From: Candidatus Helarchaeota ASGARD archaeon Hel_GB_B
Lineage (GTDB): Archaea; Asgardarchaeota; Lokiarchaeia; Helarchaeales; HEL-GB-B
Assembly: GCA_005191425.1 (NCBI GenBank)
Contig: SUPR01000148.1
Coordinates: 1 to 6,641 of the forward strand
Length of the DNA stretch: 6,641 nucleotides
Direction of reading: 5' to 3'
Part shown: in pieces, positions 1-6,099 of the stretch
Layout: each line of letters begins with the position of its first letter
Position numbering within the stretch: position 1 is the stretch's first letter
Program-made: the position numbers and the translations under genes
Notes under the pieces: model-generated
What the model was told of the DNA's origin: nothing
Seen by the model: only the letters and a program-made list of their open reading frames with translations
Database searches by the model: none

Positions 1-1394
1 ATTGAATTTATTCTTTTTTCTATATCATCAAGATTATAGATTGGATTATCTCTGTATATTTTAATTCCACTTTTTATTATTAAAAAAATATATTTTAAAA
101 AGAACCACGCCACTAATAAATCAATTTCTGAGGCTGAAATTTTGGGGTGTTTATATACAAGTCCGGAATTTATCCAAAAATTTTCAAAAAACTTTTTTTT
201 CTGGTCTAGCAGACCTTTTGAGACCAATTCTTCCCACAAATCCGTAGTATATTGTGGTGCAAATTTATACAATCTTATTGCCATTCTTTTTGGATTTGTT
301 TCAAAAGCATTGAGTGCACTTTCAAGAGTTTTTTTCATTAAATCTTTTGATTCCCATGGAAACCCAATCATATATGTTAATACCGCATTAATATTTAATT
401 CATTACATATTTTTACAGCTTTTTCTAAATCAGTTAGCTCAATTTTTTTATTTATATTTTTTAGTCCTTCTGATGAACCACTTTCTCCACCCATTAATAT
501 ACCTTGCAGTCCTATATCCTTTAATTTACCTAACACTTCTCTTGAAATGTCTGTTACTCTCGATGAACATGACCATTTAAATTTTAAATCCTCACTTTTA
601 ACTAACTCAAAAAAAGAATTTATCCATTTTCTGGACGATATAAAATTATTATCCACATAGGAAATTAATAAATTATATTTATCGGATGGATATATTTTAA
701 ATAACTCTTTCAATTCTAGTATTGCTCGTTCTGGTGATTTCGTTCGCCATTTATCACCTAATATCAATCGTGCCGTACAAAACTTACATTGATATGGGCA
801 ACTTCTTGAAATTTCTAATGGAAATATTAATGGTGGGTTCCTCTTAGTCATTTTTAAAAATTTCTTGTTCATTTCTATATATGCGTCTAAATTAGCAAGT
901 TTAAACGCGGGCATGGGCAGTAAATCTAAATTTTCTACTATTTTCGTTGGATTATTAATAATTTTTCCTGAATCTAAATAACAAAGGTTTTCAATCTCTT
1001 CAATACTTCTTTTTCCGTTTAAATAATCTATTAATTTAGAAAAAGCAAAATCACCTTCATGTCTAATTATATAATTAATCTCTGGAATTTCCTTTAAAAA
1101 AAATTCTGGGTCTAAACTGGGTAAACATCCACCTAAAATAATTGGTGCTACCGATTTTTTTCTGACTTTTCTACATATCTTTTTTACTTCGGAAATTTGT
1201 CCCATTACAGAAATTCCAATTAAATCGGCATCACCTAATAACTCATCATTTTTATTTATAGAACGGTCTATTATTCTTACACTATAATTTTTGTTTATAA
1301 TACCTCCTGCTAAACATAACAAACCTAAAGGAGGTGCATTAACTGAAATAAATGGTTTTCCTGGATAGATTAATATTATTTTTTTTATTTTCAT
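1..1394 (-). CDS. Cobalamin (B12)-binding domain radical SAM protein (class B methyltransferase-like); 3' end lies beyond the left edge of the window
   Basis: Hand translation of the minus strand from ATG at 1394 gives 464 codons with no stop down to position 3. N-terminal B12-binding domain motifs: MKIKKIILIYPG..PPLGLLCLAG, DLIGISVM, IILGGCLPS, IIRHEGD. Radical SAM motif EISRSCPYQCKFC (CxxxCxxC, about 778-816), then YVDNNF, GILMGGESGS, YMIGFPWES. Not in the ORF track, probably because there is no stop inside the window. An in-frame GTG at 1403 is an alternative start. Confidence 0.93.
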   Translation of the reverse strand, partial: MKIKKIILIYPGKPFISVNAPPLGLLCLAGGIINKNYSVRIIDRSINKNDELLGDADLIGISVMGQISEVKKICRKVRKKSVAPIILGGCLPSLDPEFFLKEIPEINYIIRHEGDFAFSKLIDYLNGKRSIEEIENLCYLDSGKIINNPTKIVENLDLLPMPAFKLANLDAYIEMNKKFLKMTKRNPPLIFPLEISRSCPYQCKFCTARLILGDKWRTKSPERAILELKELFKIYPSDKYNLLISYVDNNFISSRKWINSFFELVKSEDLKFKWSCSSRVTDISREVLGKLKDIGLQGILMGGESGSSEGLKNINKKIELTDLEKAVKICNELNINAVLTYMIGFPWESKDLMKKTLESALNAFETNPKRMAIRLYKFAPQYTTDLWEELVSKGLLDQKKKFFENFWINSGLVYKHPKISASEIDLLVAWFFLKYIFLIIKSGIKIYRDNPIYNLDDIEKRINS

Positions 1395-1560
1395 TTTTTC
1401 CACAAAAATTCTTTATCATTACATTGGTAATATGGAAACCTATTATTTTCTATACAAATTTTAAGAAAAAAATATAAAAAGCAAACTAAAATTAATTCTC
1501 TAACGAATGGATTTAATCAGTCAAATTTGAGGACGATATTATTATATCTAACCCCCTTTC

Positions 1561-1588
1561 CTCGATATAATTGACTATACATATCGAT
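1561..1588. promoter_or_regulatory. ModE-like operator (molybdate/tungstate-responsive regulator box) upstream of aor
   Basis: CTCGATATAATTGACTATACATATCGAT contains the perfect inverted repeat TCGATAT-N12-ATATCGA (1562-1587). It matches the recalled ModE consensus ATCGnTATATA-N6-TATATAnCGAT at 16 of 20 specified positions (17 allowing TAYAT), with exact spacing. It ends 58 nt before the start of a tungstoenzyme gene. Confidence 0.65.
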
Positions 1589-1592
1589 AGAC

Positions 1593-1600
1593 TTAAATTT
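1593..1600 (+). promoter_or_regulatory. Candidate archaeal TATA box for aor
   Basis: TTAAATTT about 50 nt upstream of ATG 1647 would place the start of transcription near 1620-1625 and keep the GGTGA site in the leader. The background is AT-rich and TTTATAT near 1614-1619 is an alternative, so support is weak. Confidence 0.3.
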
Positions 1601-1637
1601 AATGGTCGTTTTTTTATATTACTTTTACACTTTTTTT

Positions 1638-1642
1638 GGTGA
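1638..1642 (+). promoter_or_regulatory. Ribosome-binding site (GGTGA) of aor
   Basis: GGTGA ends 4 nt before ATG 1647 and is a typical archaeal Shine-Dalgarno core. Confidence 0.7.
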
Positions 1643-1646
1643 TATT

Positions 1647-3515
1647 ATGGGTAATGGAATTATGAATCGGTTTGTACGAGTAGATTTATCTTCTCGACAA
1701 ATTGAAATAAAACAAAATTATGAAGAAAATTTCAAGTTATATTTAGGCGGTATGGGCATTGGAACAGCCATTATATGGGATACAGTTAAAAAATATGTTT
1801 CTGAAGGAATTAATTTAGCCAAAATGGACGCCTTAGACCCAAAAAATGTTTTGGTCTTTGCAGTGGGGCCAGGTACTGGCGTAGCTGGGTTTCCATCAGG
1901 TGGGCGTCATCATATTATGGCTCTTAAATCTCCATTAACTGGGTCAATTGGTTCTGCCAATTCCGGTGGTAAATGGGGTGCCTATCTTAAATCAGCTGGG
2001 TTTGATGGGATCGTTCTTAATGGAAAAGCTGATAAACCAGTCTATCTAACTTTATTTAATGGTAAAGTTGAATTTCACGACGCAAGCGATTTATGGGGAA
2101 AAGATGTCCATGAAACTACTGATATTTTGTTTAAACGACATAACAATGAGGGGTTTGAAATATCTATAGCTTGTATTGGTTCTAATGGTGAAAATGGGAA
2201 ACCCAATTCTGCTATTGTAAATGATTTCCACCGAGCAGCAGGTAGGACCGGAGTCGGTGCTGTAATGGGGTCTAAAAATCTAAAGGCTATTGTCGTGGGA
2301 GGTAATCAAAAAGTTGAAATTGCTCAGCCTGAAAAATTTAAAGAATATTCCAAGATTGCACTGACTAAATTAAAAGATAATGGAGTCACAGGTGAAGGTC
2401 TTCCAACTTATGGGACTGCAGTTTTAGTTAATATTATTAATAATATCGGATCATTGCCATTACATAACTGGCAGAGTGCCTATTCTGAGGAAGCAGAAAA
2501 AATCTCTGGGGAAACTCTAACTGAAAAATATCTAATTAAAAAGAATCCTTGCTGGGGATGTGCTATAGGTTGTGGACGAATATCTTATGTTAAAGATGGT
2601 CCATTTGCTATTGATCGTACTGAAGGCCCTGAATATGAATCTATTTGGGCATTGGGAAACTCTTGTGGGGTTCATGATATGGGTGCAGTTATCATGGCTA
2701 ACCATTTATGCGATAAATATGGTCTTGATACTATTACCACTGGAAGTACTATTGCATGTGCTATGGAATTAGCTGAAAAAGGATATATTCCAAAGGAAGA
2801 TTATGAAAATATTGATTTAAAATTTGGTAATGGAGAAGCTCTAGTAGAATGCGTCCGATTAATGGGCGAACAAAAAGGGTTCGGATTAAAACTACTTGAA
2901 GGCTCTCGAAAATTAGCTGAAATGTATGGACACCCTGAACTTAGTATGTCTGTTAAAGGTCTCGAAATGCCTGCTTATGACCCTCGTGGAATTAAAGGTA
3001 TTGGACTAAATTATGCAACTGCAAATAGAGGTGGATGTCATGTCACTGGATATACTGTATCTCCAGAAGTAATTGGACTTCCTGAAGAAATTGATCGCCT
3101 AGACTATAGTAGTAAACCTACTTGGGATAAAATTTTCCAAGATTTTACTGCAACTGTTAATTCTGTTGTTAATTGTTTGTTTACCACATTCGCTTTAGGT
3201 GCTGAAGATTTTGCAAACTTACTTTCTGCTGTAACAGGTTGGGAACTTACAGACCAAGATATTTTAACTATTGGTGAACGAATATATAATACTCAACGCT
3301 TAATAATGGAGAAATTAGGGATTAAAGACCAAGATACTCTTCCTGAACGTATTTTAAAAGACCCTCTCCCAGATGGACCTTCCAAGGGAGAAATATGCGA
3401 ACTTGATAAAATGCTCGGTGAATATTATAAACTTCGCGGATGGGATGAACATGGCATTCCAACACCTAATAAAATTAAGGAATTAGGTATTGATGACTTC
3501 AAACTATTAATTTAA
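1647..3515 (+). CDS. aor: Tungsten-containing aldehyde:ferredoxin oxidoreductase (AOR sensu stricto), 622 aa
   Basis: Colinear with the recalled Pyrococcus furiosus AOR: RFVRVDLS, KSPLTG..ANSGG, AGFDGIV..GKADKPVY, NDFHRAAGRTGVGAVMGSKNLKAI, GLPTYGTAVLVNIIN, the [4Fe-4S] ligands CWGCAIGC (C302/305/309) plus NCLF (C510), EGPEYESIWALG, CDKYGLDTI, PAYDPRG, NRGGCH, DTLPERIL, YYKLRGW. Start moved from 1602 to ATG 1647 because of the GGTGA site and the family N-terminus. Confidence 0.97.
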   Translation: MGNGIMNRFVRVDLSSRQIEIKQNYEENFKLYLGGMGIGTAIIWDTVKKYVSEGINLAKMDALDPKNVLVFAVGPGTGVAGFPSGGRHHIMALKSPLTGSIGSANSGGKWGAYLKSAGFDGIVLNGKADKPVYLTLFNGKVEFHDASDLWGKDVHETTDILFKRHNNEGFEISIACIGSNGENGKPNSAIVNDFHRAAGRTGVGAVMGSKNLKAIVVGGNQKVEIAQPEKFKEYSKIALTKLKDNGVTGEGLPTYGTAVLVNIINNIGSLPLHNWQSAYSEEAEKISGETLTEKYLIKKNPCWGCAIGCGRISYVKDGPFAIDRTEGPEYESIWALGNSCGVHDMGAVIMANHLCDKYGLDTITTGSTIACAMELAEKGYIPKEDYENIDLKFGNGEALVECVRLMGEQKGFGLKLLEGSRKLAEMYGHPELSMSVKGLEMPAYDPRGIKGIGLNYATANRGGCHVTGYTVSPEVIGLPEEIDRLDYSSKPTWDKIFQDFTATVNSVVNCLFTTFALGAEDFANLLSAVTGWELTDQDILTIGERIYNTQRLIMEKLGIKDQDTLPERILKDPLPDGPSKGEICELDKMLGEYYKLRGWDEHGIPTPNKIKELGIDDFKLLI

Positions 3516-3529
3516 AATAATAAATCCTG

Positions 3530-3550
3530 TTTTTTATTTTTTTTATTTTT
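3530..3550 (+). terminator. Oligo-T archaeal-type terminator after aor
   Basis: T6-A-T8-A-T5 run beginning 14 nt after the aor stop, with no GC hairpin. Confidence 0.55.
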
Positions 3551-3578
3551 CAATATTTTAATTCTTTTTAGTCATAGA

Positions 3579-3583
3579 GAGGA
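3579..3583 (+). promoter_or_regulatory. Ribosome-binding site (GAGGA) of the radical SAM/SPASM gene
   Basis: GAGGA ends 10 nt before ATG 3594. Confidence 0.5.
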
Positions 3584-3593
3584 TTTTATTATA

Positions 3594-4916
3594 ATGAAAA
3601 CATTTCCGAAAATTCTACAAATTGAGCCAACTACACATTGCAATTTTCACTGTAAAATGTGTATTCGCAGGTCTTGGAATGAAAAAATTACTAATTTTCC
3701 GCTAGACCTCTTTGAAAGTTTGGCCAGTCAACATTTTTCTAAATTATACCGTGTTATTTTTATGGGTATCGGTGAAGTCCTTACTCACCCACATTTTCTT
3801 AAATTTATTGAAATTGCTGCAAAATATTTACCTGATAATGGGAAAATTGAATTTAGTACTAATGGCAGCTTGTTGACGCCAGAAATCACGGATAAAATTT
3901 TACAAGCTGGTCAAAAAAAATTAGACCGTATAATCGTCTCATTAGAAACCCCATTTCTGGCAAAATTAAAACATATTAGACCCGAGGCTGGTGAATATCT
4001 TTTTGATAATCTTAAATACTTAGGTAAACAATTTCAACAAGGTAAATTTTCAAACTTGGCTATTGAATCTGTTATTATGAAATCAACTTTATACGACCTT
4101 CCCGATCTTGTATCTTTTTGCTCTAAAATACCTATTAAATCCCTTTATATTACCCACATATTGCCCCATACTCCAGAAATGATCTCCGAAACTCTTTATT
4201 CGACTACATCCTCTGAAGTTTGGTCTATGGGCAAAAAATTTGTTGAAGAGAGCTGGAATGCTCAGAAAAAAAGTATTATTAATTTAGCATTAAAACCTGC
4301 TTATGGTGAATTTAGCGAAGAACGAAAAATTCTTGGAAATTACCTCTTATTTCTATTGCAATCATTCCGCGATAAAAGCTTTTCATCGGGTCTTAGCATA
4401 AATTTCGATAAAATCATTCAAGTTTCTAAAAAATTTGAAATCTTCCAAGATGTCACAAAAATTTTTTCTCAAGCTCAAAAAATAGCACATCAATCTAATA
4501 TTTATTTAGAATTACCTCCTTTATTTCCTAGCTTCTTCTCTCGCACCTGCCCCTATGTTAAACGAAGCGCTGCTATTATTAATGTCCACGGCGATGTAAT
4601 TCCTTGCTTTAATTTTATGCACCATTCTATTACTTATGTTAATGGCCACATGCGAGAAGAACGAGTAAAATCATTTGGAAATATTAACAATCAAGATTTG
4701 GCTGATATCTGGCAATCACCTCAATATAAAGAATTTCGCGATAGATTACATAATGATCATTTCTCTGAAAAAATTCCATGGTGCGGAGACTGCCCTTACT
4801 CTACAGCAAATTGTTTCTATACAAATTCTAATGAATCTGATTGCTATGGCAATTCCCCCGGCTGCAATGAATGTCTTTATAGTGGAGACCTTATAAAATG
4901 TATTTTTGATCCCTAA
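3594..4916 (+). CDS. Radical SAM/SPASM-domain protein, putative metalloenzyme (tungsten-cofactor oxidoreductase) maturase, 440 aa
   Basis: IEPTTHCNFHCKMC (CxxxCxxC, C16/20/23), FMGIGEVLTHP, FSTNGSLL, IVSLE. C-terminal SPASM-like region RTCPY...GDVIPC...FGNI...IWQS...Y..FR, then Cx2Cx6Cx9Cx6Cx2Cx8C. Architecture and context resemble the recalled TIGR04311 (rSAM_Geo_metal) and TIGR04317 (W_rSAM_matur) families. The exact family needs an HMM search. Confidence 0.9.
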   Translation: MKTFPKILQIEPTTHCNFHCKMCIRRSWNEKITNFPLDLFESLASQHFSKLYRVIFMGIGEVLTHPHFLKFIEIAAKYLPDNGKIEFSTNGSLLTPEITDKILQAGQKKLDRIIVSLETPFLAKLKHIRPEAGEYLFDNLKYLGKQFQQGKFSNLAIESVIMKSTLYDLPDLVSFCSKIPIKSLYITHILPHTPEMISETLYSTTSSEVWSMGKKFVEESWNAQKKSIINLALKPAYGEFSEERKILGNYLLFLLQSFRDKSFSSGLSINFDKIIQVSKKFEIFQDVTKIFSQAQKIAHQSNIYLELPPLFPSFFSRTCPYVKRSAAIINVHGDVIPCFNFMHHSITYVNGHMREERVKSFGNINNQDLADIWQSPQYKEFRDRLHNDHFSEKIPWCGDCPYSTANCFYTNSNESDCYGNSPGCNECLYSGDLIKCIFDP

Positions 4917-4948
4917 TTATTTCTAAACTTTAAAAAACGGACGATAAA

Positions 4949-5266
4949 ATGACCAATAATAAAATTAAAATAGAATTTTCGGTTTTTGCAAACTTAAGAA
5001 ATATTTTAGGGTTTAAAACTAAAATAATTGAAATCTCTCCAGGAATAACTATAGTTCAATTTCTAAAATTTGTCCGGGATAACTTACCCAATGGTCAATC
5101 CTTCTATAATGCAGTCTTTGATAAAAAAAACCAGCAAATTAAACCTTATATGCGGTTTATTATTGATGGTCATATTGTCCTAAAACATGAAATTAATACC
5201 TATCAAATCCCCGCAGATTGTAAAACTATCGCAGTCTTTCCTCCTGTAGGTGGTGGATTTATATAG
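4949..5266 (+). CDS. moaD: MoaD/ThiS/SAMP family ubiquitin-like sulfur-carrier protein, 105 aa, with C-terminal GG followed by FI
   Basis: N-terminal KIEFSVFANLRNILG, internal FIIDGHIV and C-terminal IAVFPPVGGG match the beta-grasp MoaD/SAMP pattern. It starts 32 nt after the radical SAM stop. The symbol marks the family, not a proven orthologue. Confidence 0.88.
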   Translation: MTNNKIKIEFSVFANLRNILGFKTKIIEISPGITIVQFLKFVRDNLPNGQSFYNAVFDKKNQQIKPYMRFIIDGHIVLKHEINTYQIPADCKTIAVFPPVGGGFI

Positions 5267-5585
5267 CCAAATAATGTGTCTAAAATTAATTTTTAATTTT
5301 AAAACTAAAAAAAATCTCTCTCTATTTCTCAAAGAAATATAAGGAAAGTTACATTCTTTTGAACTTACTATGTATTGACTTCCCGATAATCCACATTCAA
5401 ACATATAATTTCATTTTGAAATTCTACGATTTAACCCATATTTAGAAATAATAAATGAATTCGTTATTAAATATTATATTTCATATTTTAATACATGAAT
5501 TTTATTATATTCACTTAATATCCATTGAGTTATTTTATTTCTATATTTATTTTACGGAAAAATATAAAAAATCCATTGAATTCAT

Positions 5586-6089
5586 TTATTTTCTATTTTC
5601 AAAAAAATTTTTCAATTTAAAATATTCTCCTTTCCAGCGTTCTAAGACCATCATTTCTCCTTTTGATAGGGCATTATTTCCAAAATACGAGTCCAACATT
5701 AATATATAATTACTAAAGAATTTCCAGTGCTGTTGTATTCCAATATTGTCGTTTGCATTAAGTGCCATAGAGAGATATTTATATTCCATAGGGATTCCGT
5801 TAATAAGTCCAATTTTTATTATGTTATTTTTCAAGGTAGGCGGAATAAATAAGTTAATGCGTTTAAGAAGTTTTTCAATATCTTCGATTGGCTTGATTAA
5901 TAAATTTACAAGACCTTTACCGGCATAATATTCTGCATATTGTAAATTTTCGACTACATCCCTTCTTATCTCTTTAATCTCTTGTATTTGAAGAAAATTC
6001 TTTCTAACATATTCGTCAAGATTTTTTTCAGAGATTTTCCCACAAACATAATAGCTCAATTGCTCCCTTTGAGCATCACTTATTGTCAT
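5586..6089 (-). CDS. Hypothetical protein, 167 aa
   Basis: Open frame with soluble-protein composition (many K, E, I, L, N) in a region where non-coding DNA is full of stops. ATG at 6089 is preferred over GTG 6098. No family motif recognised. Confidence 0.75.
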   Translation of the reverse strand: MTISDAQREQLSYYVCGKISEKNLDEYVRKNFLQIQEIKEIRRDVVENLQYAEYYAGKGLVNLLIKPIEDIEKLLKRINLFIPPTLKNNIIKIGLINGIPMEYKYLSMALNANDNIGIQQHWKFFSNYILMLDSYFGNNALSKGEMMVLERWKGEYFKLKNFFENRK

Positions 6090-6099
6090 AATTTTCACA

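Noticed and set aside
142-660. 172-aa + strand ORF in the track
   Set aside because: Antisense shadow of the B12 radical SAM gene. It has a TTG start, S/F/I-rich composition and no motifs.
1551-1563. GAGGAAAGGGGGT purine tract on the minus strand, resembling a ribosome-binding site or ORB G-string
   Set aside because: No start codon or ORF follows at a suitable spacing, and no ORB core is adjacent.
1602-1646. N-terminal extension MVVFLYYFYTFFGDI of AOR, superficially like a signal peptide
   Set aside because: It covers the T-rich leader and the GGTGA site. Family homology begins at ATG 1647.
2572-2772. 66-aa alternative-frame ORF
   Set aside because: Lies wholly within conserved aor sequence, with no independent evidence.
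4675-4896. 73-aa alternative-frame ORF
   Set aside because: Out-of-frame overlap with the Cys-rich domain of the radical SAM gene.
5180-5404. 74-aa minus-strand ORF
   Set aside because: Overlaps the moaD 3' end in antisense, runs through low-complexity spacer and has no start signal or motif.
5455-5709. 84-aa + strand ORF rich in F/I/Y
   Set aside because: The composition is what AT-rich non-coding DNA produces, and the 3' half is antisense to the orphan gene.
5721-5730. TTTCCAGTG resembling the left half of an ORB
   Set aside because: Inside a coding region (QHWK codons) and lacking the GAAA arm.
5746-5928. 60-aa + strand ORF
   Set aside because: Antisense shadow of the orphan gene.
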